Assembly: GCA_028684955.1 (NCBI GenBank)
Contig: JAQUEY010000001.1
Location: forward strand, 21,593 to 85,592
From: Eubacteriales bacterium
Lineage (GTDB): Bacteria > Bacillota > Clostridia > Saccharofermentanales > UBA5734
Reading direction: 5' to 3'
DNA length: 64,000 nt
The notes under the pieces were generated by a model. The model was not told the origin of the DNA, ran no database searches, and saw only the letters and a list, made by a program, of their open reading frames with translations. Below are positions 1-10,594 of the stretch, in pieces. Each line of letters starts with the position of its first letter. Within the stretch, counting starts at the first letter, position 1. The position numbers and the translations under genes are program-made.

Positions 1-378
1 GGCCACAGCCTTGAAATGGCGGTACAACCCCTCCTGGGACGCTTTGTTGTAATAGGGTGACACACACAACAGGCCGTCAACGCCAAGAGCGGCTGCCTTG
101 CGGCTGAGTTCGACGGCGTGATGGGTATCGTTGCTGCCAGTGCCGGCGATGACCGGAACCCGCCCGCGCACCGTCTTGACCACGTGGTCGATGATCGCCA
201 GATGTTCCTCATCAGGCATGGTCGATGCTTCACCAGTGGTGCCAGCGACAATAATCGCATCGGTGCCATGCTGGATCTGGAATTCACACAACTCGGACAG
301 GACGTCGAAATGGACACCCGATTCGGTAAACGGTGTGACGATGGCGACACCGGATCCTTGGAACAAGGGCTTTTTCAT
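1..378 (-). CDS. dapA: 4-hydroxy-tetrahydrodipicolinate synthase, N-terminal part (gene runs off the window start)
   Basis: Reverse-complement translation from the ATG at 378-376 reads [26 protein letters not shown]...[17 protein letters not shown]...[10 protein letters not shown], a DapA-family N-terminus with the GTTGE motif. SD GGAGGA lies 7 nt upstream. Not in the ORF track because there is no stop inside the window. Confidence 0.85.
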   Translation of the reverse strand, partial: MKKPLFQGSGVAIVTPFTESGVHFDVLSELCEFQIQHGTDAIIVAGTTGEASTMPDEEHLAIIDHVVKTVRGRVPVIAGTGSNDTHHAVELSRKAAALGVDGLLCVSPYYNKASQEGLYRHFKAVA

Positions 379-528
379 AAGGTGATCCTCCAGAAAGGCT
401 TTATTTGAAAGATGCGAATGGAGTTCTTGCAAAAAATCAGTGGCAGTGAGATGGATAAAGCTTTAAAGCCTTGTGTCATGATACCATCGGCTATACTTTA
501 CCGTCAATTCTCGCTATAATGCCAATCT

Positions 529-2770
<2,242 letters not shown>

Positions 2771-2872
2771 TCCGTACTTCTTGCACATAAGCAAACGCTC
2801 GTGCTAAACTGTTTTAGCTAATCAGGAACCAGCCTGTCGGCTGGACCTCGACAGATTTTGGAGGATTTAACC

Positions 2873-3193
2873 ATGGATTTAGTGAAATTCGCGATGACCG
2901 ATGCAGCCGCAGGTAGCTGGACAGGCATGCTTGGCACCTTGCTGCCGCTGGTTTTGATGTTTGGATTGATGTACCTGCTGCTGATCCGTCCCCAGCGGAC
3001 CAAGGAGAAAAAACTGCGTGAGCAGATCAATGCCATGGCTGTCGGAGACAAAGTTGTCACCGCTGGTGGTGTTGTTGGCAAGGTCGTCAACCTCAAAGAT
3101 GACGAGGTCACCATCTCGACCAGTGTGGCCAATACCCTGATCACCTTCAAAAAGGCTTCGGTCAGCACAGTGATCAAGCCCATCAGCGAATAA
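2873..3193 (+). CDS. yajC: preprotein translocase subunit YajC
   Basis: LLPLVLMFGLMYLLLIRPQRTKEKKLREQINAMAVGDKVVTAGGVVGKV is the YajC signature. ATG 2873 lies 7 nt after GGAGGA, so the ORF-track TTG at 2858 is rejected. Confidence 0.85.
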   Translation: MDLVKFAMTDAAAGSWTGMLGTLLPLVLMFGLMYLLLIRPQRTKEKKLREQINAMAVGDKVVTAGGVVGKVVNLKDDEVTISTSVANTLITFKKASVSTVIKPISE

Positions 3194-3249
3194 TCAGCCA
3201 TTTTCCGTTCTGTTTCCAGAGCCATTCAAAGGAGAGGGGATTTAAACCT

Positions 3250-3396
3250 ATGAAACACATCCAGACCATCAGCGAAGCTTGCATCCATGTCTCAGCCAAC
3301 CAGAGCGCCTGCGGCGAATGCCAGACATCCTGCCAGTCCGCCTGCAAGACCAGCTGCACGGTTGCCAACCAGGCCTGCGAATCCTTCGAGCGCTGA
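3250..3396 (+). CDS. scfA: SCIFF-type (six cysteines in forty-five residues) radical-SAM-modified RiPP precursor peptide
   Basis: 48-aa ORF not in the track: MKHIQTISEACIHVSANQSACGECQTSCQSACKTSCTVANQACESFER. SD AGGAGAGGGGA lies upstream. The C-terminal CGECQTSCQSACKTSCTV-NQ-CE block is the SCIFF family signature, and the maturase gene follows. Confidence 0.85.
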   Translation: MKHIQTISEACIHVSANQSACGECQTSCQSACKTSCTVANQACESFER

Positions 3397-3477
3397 GCAA
3401 AGCATCCCTGACCCATTGTCAGGATTTCTGCCCGGCTCCCGAGATCCTATTGCACACCGTCTGATTTGAGACAGCGA

Positions 3478-3513
3478 GATAGTGGATAGCCGCCGGCTTT
3501 CCACTATCTTTTT
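3478..3513 (+). terminator. hairpin plus T-tract between precursor and maturase genes (candidate partial terminator/attenuator)
   Basis: GATAGTGGA (3478-3486) pairs with TCCACTATC (3500-3508) around a 13-nt loop, followed by TTTTT (3509-3513). Confidence 0.5.
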
Positions 3514-3580
3514 CAGTTCACCAAGGCGCCCATTCACGGGCGCCGCCCCATCGGCTGAACCTACAGTAAAGGAGACCCTC

Positions 3581-4933
3581 TTGGTCCATTTGTTTAATTT
3601 CCAGAAAGATACCCTTGCCTTCGACTCTGAAAGCGGTGCCCTGCACAAGCTTGATGACTTGTCCGCAGCGGTTGTCCAATCCTACATTGAACACGAAGGC
3701 CAGCGCCCGAGTGAAACGGCACTTCTCCAGCTGGAGGCCAGCCTGGGTCCGGATGTCCGTGAGTGCTGCAGCGACATCGACGAGCTGATTGCCCGGGGAG
3801 ATTTGTTTTCGACTGCCAAGACCATCACGCCTGACCAGCTTTACCCCGACCAGCCACGCATCAAGTCGATGTGTCTGCATATCTGCCATGACTGTAACCT
3901 GCGCTGCGAATATTGTTTTGCCAGCACAGGTGATTTCGGCACCGGGCATCGCACCATGCTCGATATCGAAACCGGGCGCAAAGCAATTGATTTCCTGATC
4001 GAGGCCTCTGGCCCGCGCCGCAATCTCGACATTGATTTTTTTGGCGGTGAACCACTCATGAACTGGCCGGTCGTGGTTGAGCTGGTCGATTATTGTGAGA
4101 AGAGGGGCCAGGAAACCGGCAAGATTCTGCGCCTGACCATGACCACCAATGGTGTCTTGCTGGACGAGGAAAAATCCCAGTTCATCAACCAGCATTTCAA
4201 AAATGTGGTCCTGAGCCTGGATGGTCGTCCTGAGGTCCATGACCGGATGCGTCCAGATGCCGGTGGAAAAGGCTCCTACCAGCGCATCGCCCCACATTTC
4301 AAGGATTTTGTCACGCTACGCGGCGATAAGGAATATTATTTGCGTGGCACATTCACCCGCCACAACCTTGATTTCACCGAGGATGTCCTGCATCTGGCTA
4401 CCATTGGCAACCAGCTTTCCATGGAGCCGGTCGTAGCACCGGCAGGTGTCGGTTATGAGATCCGCCCGGAAGATCTGCCAGCCATCGAAGCTGAATATGA
4501 GAAACTGGCCATCGAGATCCGCCAGGCGCGCGAAAAAGGTCAGCCTTTCAATTTCTTCCATTTCATGCTCGACCTGTCCCACGGCCCCTGTGCTTTCAAG
4601 CGGATCAAGGGCTGCGGCGTCGGTATCGAATACATTGCGGTGACGCCTGAGGGTGACATTTATCCTTGCCACCAGTTTGTCGGTGAAACCGAATTCAAGA
4701 TGGGCAGCGTCCATGATTCGCCCATCCAGATCGATCCGGCCGTCCAGAAGCCATTTTATTCGCTGCTGGTTCCGGACAAGCCCGAATGCAGCCAGTGCTG
4801 GGCCAAGTATTTCTGCAGCGGTGGCTGTGCTGCCAACAGCCTGCATGTCAATGGCCATGTTCACGGGGTGGATCCGATCAGCTGCCAGTTGCAAAAAAAG
4901 CGGCTGGAATGTGCCCTCTGGCTCAAGACTTGA
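3581..4933 (+). CDS. scfB: SCIFF peptide maturase, radical SAM/SPASM thioether-forming enzyme
   Basis: Radical SAM motif CNLRCEYC, and C-terminal SPASM cysteines (CGVGIEYIAVTPEGDIYPC; CSQCWAKYFCSGGC). Preferred start is TTG 3581, 6 nt after AAGGAG (3569-3574). The ORF-track start at 3482 would run through the upstream hairpin. Confidence 0.85.
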   Translation: MVHLFNFQKDTLAFDSESGALHKLDDLSAAVVQSYIEHEGQRPSETALLQLEASLGPDVRECCSDIDELIARGDLFSTAKTITPDQLYPDQPRIKSMCLHICHDCNLRCEYCFASTGDFGTGHRTMLDIETGRKAIDFLIEASGPRRNLDIDFFGGEPLMNWPVVVELVDYCEKRGQETGKILRLTMTTNGVLLDEEKSQFINQHFKNVVLSLDGRPEVHDRMRPDAGGKGSYQRIAPHFKDFVTLRGDKEYYLRGTFTRHNLDFTEDVLHLATIGNQLSMEPVVAPAGVGYEIRPEDLPAIEAEYEKLAIEIRQAREKGQPFNFFHFMLDLSHGPCAFKRIKGCGVGIEYIAVTPEGDIYPCHQFVGETEFKMGSVHDSPIQIDPAVQKPFYSLLVPDKPECSQCWAKYFCSGGCAANSLHVNGHVHGVDPISCQLQKKRLECALWLKT

Positions 4934-4973
4934 ATCAGGAACGGATCCGTGATCCCAAAGAAGGAGAACAGCC

Positions 4974-5540
4974 ATGCACAAACCTTTGATCCGCTCTTTC
5001 CAAGGCAAAAAACCGCAGGTTGACCCCTCGGCATTTATTGCCGAAACAGCCACCCTGATTGGTGACGTGACCATCGGGGCCGAAAGTACAATCTGGTATG
5101 GGGCCGTTTTACGCGGAGATGTCCACCCGATTGTGGTCGGTGCCCAAAGTAATATCCAGGACCAGTCGGTGGTCCATGACCAGGTTGTGATCGGTGACCG
5201 GGTCACCATAGGGCACGGGGTGATCCTGCACGGGTGCACGATTGAAGATGATGCGCTGGTTGGCATGGGCGCAGTGGTGCTGGATGGAGCCGTGATCCAG
5301 CGCGGGGCCATGGTCGCCGCAGGTGCCCTCGTTGCCGGGGGAACAGTGGTCGAGGCAGGATCCCTTTATGCCGGCACGCCGGCCACTTTCAAGCGAACGC
5401 TGGATCCGGGCCGGCTGGAACACAACCGGTTGATCGTCAAGCATCATTTGCAGCATCGGGCACAGTACCTGGAAAATCCAGCGGATCCCCTGGAGCAAGA
5501 GAAGGAAAACGGATCCAGCCTGTCGAATAGTAAAGTGTGA
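4974..5540 (+). CDS. gamma-class carbonic anhydrase-like / hexapeptide-repeat (LbH) protein
   Basis: PQVDPSAFIAETATLIGDVTIGAESTIWYGAVLRGDVHPIVVGAQSNIQDQSVVH matches the YrdA/PaaY-type left-handed beta-helix pattern. Confidence 0.75.
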   Translation: MHKPLIRSFQGKKPQVDPSAFIAETATLIGDVTIGAESTIWYGAVLRGDVHPIVVGAQSNIQDQSVVHDQVVIGDRVTIGHGVILHGCTIEDDALVGMGAVVLDGAVIQRGAMVAAGALVAGGTVVEAGSLYAGTPATFKRTLDPGRLEHNRLIVKHHLQHRAQYLENPADPLEQEKENGSSLSNSKV

Positions 5541-7399
5541 GCAATTCAACTTCCAGTCGCACGATCCCTGATGAGCTGATCGAGGAAATCAAGTCCAGGA
5601 ACGATATTGTCTCGGTCGTCGGGCAGTACGTTCGCCTTGACAAGCGCAGCAGTGCCAATCTCTTCGGGTTATGTCCCTTTCACCATGAGGACACACCTTC
5701 TTTCAGCGTGTCACCCAGCAAACAGATCTTCTATTGCTTTGGTTGCCACAAGGGAGGCAACGTCATCACCTTCATCCGCGAGATTGAAAAATGCACGTGG
5801 CCCCAGGCTTTGAAAATCCTGGCTGACCGCGTGGGCATCCAATTGCCGGAGCCTGATGACCAAGCCTATCGCGAGCGACTCGAACGCACTGCCTCGCTGC
5901 AGAAAATCTATCTGGAAGCAGCCCGCTATTTCTACCACAGCTTGCACAGTCCTGCGGGTGACGTTGCCCGCCGTTATCTGAAAGCACGGGCCATTTCTGA
6001 CAGCACAGCCAAAAAATTCGGCCTCGGATATGCTCTGGATGAATGGGATGGGCTGCTTTTGCATCTGCGTCGCCAAGGACTTGATGATCATCAGCTGATC
6101 AGCCAGTCCGGCCTGTTCAAGCGCGGCAAGTCGGATGGTTTCTATGATTTGTTCCGCAATCGCCTGATGTTCCCAATTTTTGACGCTATGGGCAAAATCA
6201 TCGCTTTTGGCGGGCGCGTCCTCGATGACTCGCAACCCAAATACCTCAACTCGCCTGAGACACCGCTCTACACCAAGGGCCGCCATCTCTACGGCCTGAA
6301 CCTGGCCAAGTCCAGTCAGGACAAGCGCCTCGTCCTGGTCGAAGGCTACATGGACACCCTGGCCATGCACCAGGCCGGGATCGACAACGCTGTAGCTGCC
6401 CTCGGCACGGCGATGACCGAAGCACAGGCCAACCTGATCCGCAAATACACCGACCAGGTCATCGTTGGCTTTGATGCGGACGCGGCTGGCCAGAACGCCG
6501 CTTTGCGCAGTTTGGACATCCTGACATCACGAGGGCTGAAAGTCACCGTTCTGCGTGTTCCGGATGGCAAAGATCCAGACGAATTCATCCGCAAGCACGG
6601 ACCGGAGCGTTTCAAGGTTCTGATCGACCAGGCGCTGCCGCTTCTGGATTTCAAGCTCGATGTGGCCAGGCGCTCCTGTGATGTTCATGGCAATCTCGAC
6701 ATCCTGGCTTTCCAGGACCAGGCTTGCACGATCCTGGCCAAGGAAGACAATGCCATTGTGCGCGAACTGTATGCAGGCAAGGTCAGCGAATGGCTCCATG
6801 CCTCGGCTGACAGCGTCGTGCGCGAGATCGAGCGGCGGCGCGAAGGCTCCGAATCCAGTCCGGCCGCAGATCTGCTGCATCAGCAGCTGGCTGCCCGGAA
6901 AAAGCCAGATGCAGCAGCGCCTCCAGACACGGCCCAGCCTGCTTCACAGCAAGCAACCCGCGAGGAGATCTACCTGTTGTGCTTCCTGGCTGAGCATCCC
7001 ACGCTCTGGGGACGTCTGGAGCAACAACCTGTCCCTGTGGATTTCTCAGAAGGTGTGATGCAGGCGGTAGCCAGCCGGCTGATCGAACATCTGGCCGCAG
7101 GAAAACCTGTCGACAGTGGCGGTCTGATGCTCTGGTCGGAAGCGCTGGTTGTACATGGCCGCTTCCTGACCGATTTGCTGGCCAAGGCCAGCATGAAACT
7201 CGACGAGACATTTGCCGGCCAGGATCCCCTCAAAACCATGAATGAGCTCGTGCGCACAGTCCGCCTCGAGAACTTGCGCCGCCAGCTCAAGGAAACAGCC
7301 GCCCTGGCCCAGGACCCGGATCGTCCGGCAGAAGCAGCCCTGGCCAGGAGGAAGCTCCTGGAAATCAACCAGATGATCCAGAAACTGCGGTCCCGCTGA
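5537..7399 (+). CDS. dnaG: DNA primase
   Basis: Zinc ribbon CPFHHEDTPSFSVSPSKQIFYCFGCHKGGNVITF and a TOPRIM region (LVEGYMD...VGFDADAAG). The GTG start overlaps the upstream stop (GTGA). Confidence 0.92.
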   Translation: MSNSTSSRTIPDELIEEIKSRNDIVSVVGQYVRLDKRSSANLFGLCPFHHEDTPSFSVSPSKQIFYCFGCHKGGNVITFIREIEKCTWPQALKILADRVGIQLPEPDDQAYRERLERTASLQKIYLEAARYFYHSLHSPAGDVARRYLKARAISDSTAKKFGLGYALDEWDGLLLHLRRQGLDDHQLISQSGLFKRGKSDGFYDLFRNRLMFPIFDAMGKIIAFGGRVLDDSQPKYLNSPETPLYTKGRHLYGLNLAKSSQDKRLVLVEGYMDTLAMHQAGIDNAVAALGTAMTEAQANLIRKYTDQVIVGFDADAAGQNAALRSLDILTSRGLKVTVLRVPDGKDPDEFIRKHGPERFKVLIDQALPLLDFKLDVARRSCDVHGNLDILAFQDQACTILAKEDNAIVRELYAGKVSEWLHASADSVVREIERRREGSESSPAADLLHQQLAARKKPDAAAPPDTAQPASQQATREEIYLLCFLAEHPTLWGRLEQQPVPVDFSEGVMQAVASRLIEHLAAGKPVDSGGLMLWSEALVVHGRFLTDLLAKASMKLDETFAGQDPLKTMNELVRTVRLENLRRQLKETAALAQDPDRPAEAALARRKLLEINQMIQKLRSR

Positions 7400-7480
7400 A
7401 TCGCAAGACCTTCCAGACAAAACTCAGACGAACCGTTTGAAACTCAAGTTAAATGAATTTATTGGAGGATACACACAACC

Positions 7481-8548
7481 ATGGCAGAGAAAAAACAAGG
7501 ACTCCTGACCGATCTGCTGAACAAAGCCCATGCCTCAAACAACCAGATTTCCTACAAGGATGTCATGAGTGCGATCGAGTCATCGGACATCGACCTGGAC
7601 CAGGCTGAAAAGGTCTTGGACCGTCTGGAAGCTATGGGCGTCGAAGTAGTCGCCGACGCGGTCGTCGAAGACGATACGTCATCGGAAAATGACCTCGACA
7701 TCAGCACCATCGAAGGCGTAGGCGTCGACGACCCGGTCCGCATGTACCTCAAGGAAATCGGCAAGGTCCCCTTGCTGACCGCTGACGAGGAAAAAGAACT
7801 GGCCCAGGCCATGCTGGAAGGTGACATGGACGCCAAGGAACGTTTGTGCAACGCCAATTTGCGCCTGGTTGTCAGCATTGCCAAGCGCTACGTCGGCCGC
7901 GGTATGCAGTTTCTCGACCTGATCCAGGAAGGCAACCTGGGCCTGATCAAGGCTGTCGATAAATTCGATTATGAAAAAGGCTTCAAATTCAGCACGTATG
8001 CCACCTGGTGGATCCGCCAGGCCATCACCCGGGCCATTGCTGACCAGGCCCGCACGATCCGCATCCCGGTCCATATGGTGGAAACGATCAACAAGCTGAT
8101 CCGCATCCAGCGCCAGCTGATCCAGGAACTGGGCCGCGAACCGGAAGCCGAGGAACTGGCCCAGGAAATGGGCATGACCGTAGAGAAGGTCCGCGAAATC
8201 ATGAAAATCTCCCAGGAGCCCGTTTCCCTGGAAAAACCGATCGGTGAAGAAGAAGACAGCCATCTGGGCGATTTCATTCCGGATGATGACGCGCCGTCAC
8301 CGGCAGACCAGGCCGCGTTCACCCTCCTGAAGGAACAGCTGCTTGAAGTCCTGAAAGGCCTGACTCCGAGGGAGGAAAAGGTCTTGCGCCTGCGTTTCGG
8401 CCTTGACGATGGCCGGACCCGGACCCTGGAAGAAGTGGGCAAGGAATTCAACGTCACCCGCGAGCGTATCCGCCAGATCGAGGCCAAAGCCCTGCGCAAG
8501 ATGCGCCACCCCAGCCGCAGCAAAAAGCTCAAGGACTACTTGGACTGA
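7481..8548 (+). CDS. sigA: RNA polymerase primary sigma factor (sigma-70/SigA)
   Basis: [64 protein letters not shown], and [30 protein letters not shown]. Follows dnaG. Confidence 0.95.
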   Translation: MAEKKQGLLTDLLNKAHASNNQISYKDVMSAIESSDIDLDQAEKVLDRLEAMGVEVVADAVVEDDTSSENDLDISTIEGVGVDDPVRMYLKEIGKVPLLTADEEKELAQAMLEGDMDAKERLCNANLRLVVSIAKRYVGRGMQFLDLIQEGNLGLIKAVDKFDYEKGFKFSTYATWWIRQAITRAIADQARTIRIPVHMVETINKLIRIQRQLIQELGREPEAEELAQEMGMTVEKVREIMKISQEPVSLEKPIGEEEDSHLGDFIPDDDAPSPADQAAFTLLKEQLLEVLKGLTPREEKVLRLRFGLDDGRTRTLEEVGKEFNVTRERIRQIEAKALRKMRHPSRSKKLKDYLD

Positions 8549-8571
8549 TCCGTCCAGGCAAAGACAACGGC

Positions 8572-9315
8572 ATGCAAAAACAGTCGCGGCTCCCCGTTCT
8601 TTCGGCTCGCCTGGAGACAGTTGCCAGGCTGGTCAAACCCTGCGCACGGGTGTTTGACATTGGCACTGACCATGCATTTTTACCCATCGAACTGGTCCGG
8701 CGCGGCATTTGCCGCTCGGCTACGGCTTCGGATATCCGGCCGGGACCGATTGCCGTCGCCCAGCGCAACATAGCCCGGGCAGGCCTGGCCGACCAGATCG
8801 AAACCAAAGTGACCGCTGGCCTGTTCGGCCACGCGGTCGGTCCAGATGATGCGGTGGTCCTGTCCGGCCTCGGCGGCCTGGAAATGATCGATATCCTGGC
8901 TGTTTTGCCCGGTCCCTGCAGCCAGGTCATCCTGCAGCCCCAGAAATCAGCCATGGAGCTGCGGCTGTGGCTCGACGCCAACTTGTACCTGATTGACAGC
9001 GAAGCGCTGGTGCTGGACCGGGACCGGATCTACGTCATCCTCCGGGCAATCCCCAGACTGGCCGCTGGCAACAGGGAAGAGGGTGCTCCGGCAGCACCTC
9101 TGACCCTGACCGAGGCTGTGCTGGGACCTGTTTTGCTCACACACAGACCGCCCTTGTTTGACGCCTACGTGCAGCAAGTGGTGCGTCACATCCAGGTTGC
9201 CAGGCGCCGGATGCCGGAGCTGGCTGACGTGCTTGCTGACATCAAGACTTGGCAGCATCCAGAGACCCTGGCTCAGTGTCCCAACAGCAGGAAGGAGAAG
9301 GCTCATGAATCATGA
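8572..9315 (+). CDS. trmK: tRNA (adenine22-N1)-methyltransferase TrmK-like (YqfN family)
   Basis: LSARLETVARLV....VFDIGTDHAFLPIELV matches the TrmK N-terminal pattern. Conserved position after sigA and before the nif3-like gene. Confidence 0.75.
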   Translation: MQKQSRLPVLSARLETVARLVKPCARVFDIGTDHAFLPIELVRRGICRSATASDIRPGPIAVAQRNIARAGLADQIETKVTAGLFGHAVGPDDAVVLSGLGGLEMIDILAVLPGPCSQVILQPQKSAMELRLWLDANLYLIDSEALVLDRDRIYVILRAIPRLAAGNREEGAPAAPLTLTEAVLGPVLLTHRPPLFDAYVQQVVRHIQVARRRMPELADVLADIKTWQHPETLAQCPNSRKEKAHES

Positions 9316-10210
9316 AAGCAGTGCCAATCCAGCCGGAACACCAGGATGGAACCGGGAACAGATGCCCCCCCATCCAGAAATCCGCCTCGGCGATCTGGTG
9401 GAACACATCGACCAGGCGATTCCTTATGCCCTGGCGGAAGCCTGGGACAAGGTCGGATTGCTGCTCGGTGATCCGGACGCCCTGCTCACGGGCGTTGTTG
9501 TCACCCTTGATGTCACCGACCGGACGATCGAACTGTGTGAGATCAACCAGGCCAATCTGATCGTGACGCATCATCCACTGATTTTTTCTCCGCTGGCGAC
9601 CTTGCGTGCAGACATTCCGGAACAGTCCCTGATCCGGACACTGATCCAGAAAGACATCGCTGTCCTGGCCCTGCACACCAATCTCGATGCTGCAGCTGGC
9701 GGCACCGCTGATTGTCTGGCCGATGCTCTGGACTTGGTTGAACAACAGCGCTCAGTCTTTATGCCTGTCAAGGTCGATGATCCGCTCATCTTGCAGGCGC
9801 TGGGCTCTGATCTGACCGAGGCTGGCCATGGCCGCGTGCTTGAGCTGTCAGAACCCCAAGACAGCCGGGAGCTGAAAGAACGGATCCGGACCAGCCTGGA
9901 AAGCAGCGGCGTCCGCCAGAACTCCGACGCTGTTGCCCTCGTGCACCGCCTGGCTGTTTTCCCGGGTTCATTTGACGAGAGCTGGGTTGATCGCCTCCTG
10001 GATCTGGAAGTGGACGCCATTGTCACAGGTGAGATCAAGCATCATGTTGGTTTGAAACTCGCTTTGCGCGGGATTGTCGCCCTGGATGCCGGACATGATG
10101 TCACCGAGCGAGTGGTCCTGCCCAACCTGGCGCATCACCTCTCCTTGATGGCGCCGGAATTGACCTTTGCTGTTGACTACGGCTTCGATTATAATAAGGT
10201 GACTTTCTGA
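9305..10210 (+). CDS. Nif3-like dinuclear metal center protein (YqfO family)
   Basis: AWDKVGLLLGD...NLIVTHHPLIF...VLALHTNLD...TGEIKHH is the NIF3 pattern. ATG 9305 was chosen because the track start at 9158 overlaps trmK by about 150 nt. Confidence 0.8.
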   Translation: MNHESSANPAGTPGWNREQMPPHPEIRLGDLVEHIDQAIPYALAEAWDKVGLLLGDPDALLTGVVVTLDVTDRTIELCEINQANLIVTHHPLIFSPLATLRADIPEQSLIRTLIQKDIAVLALHTNLDAAAGGTADCLADALDLVEQQRSVFMPVKVDDPLILQALGSDLTEAGHGRVLELSEPQDSRELKERIRTSLESSGVRQNSDAVALVHRLAVFPGSFDESWVDRLLDLEVDAIVTGEIKHHVGLKLALRGIVALDAGHDVTERVVLPNLAHHLSLMAPELTFAVDYGFDYNKVTF

Positions 10211-10546
10211 GCAAGCTGGACAACCGCGGGCGCAGCGCCGAAAGGCCGCGCGTGAGGAAAGTCCGGGCTCCACAGGGCAAGGGTGCCGGGTAATTCCCGG
10301 TGAAGGCGACTTCAAGGACAGTGCAACAGAAATAGACCGCCGGTTTTGGCCGGCAAGGATGGAAAGGTGAGGTAAGAGCTCACCAGCAGCCTGGCGACAG
10401 GCTGGCTCTGTAAACCCCACCTGGAGCAACACCGTGGAGGGACGTATTGTGGCCCGCAAGTCCCGGGGAGGTGGCTGGAGCCGTACAGAAATGTTCGGCC
10501 TGGATAGATGGTTGTCCACGACAGAACCCGGCTTACAGGCTTGCTC
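10209..10546 (+). ncRNA. rnpB: RNase P RNA, bacterial type A
   Basis: Universal P4 strands GAGGAAAGTCCGGGCTCC (5') and ACAGAACCCGGCTTA (3'), plus GTGCAACAGAAATAGACCGCC, GGTAAGAGCTCACC and GTAAACCCCACCTGGAGCAA. The P1 stem pairs GAGCAAGC (10209-10216) with GCTTGCTC (10539-10546). Confidence 0.92.
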
Positions 10547-10594
10547 AGGAAGTCACCCCATTATCTCAAACGGCGCCCCGGCGCGGAGGAACCT

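Noticed and set aside
9158-9304. ORF-track N-terminal extensions: nif3 at 9158, pnp at 12334, rpsO at 11873, proC at 20388, NUDIX at 21570, folD at 26982, rnc at 34691, smc at 35655, ffh at 40703, rpsP at 42151, nifS at 56424, asd at 62747, and others.
   Set aside because: The extensions overlap upstream genes, terminators or promoters and lack an SD. In each case an internal ATG or TTG that has an SD matches the conserved family N-terminus.
9968-10519. 183-aa minus-strand ORF, plus the N-terminal 29 codons of the plus-strand ORF 10508-11767.
   Set aside because: Both overlap the RNase P RNA gene, whose universally conserved P4 and other motifs are present. The real CDS start is ATG 10595, behind GGAGGA.
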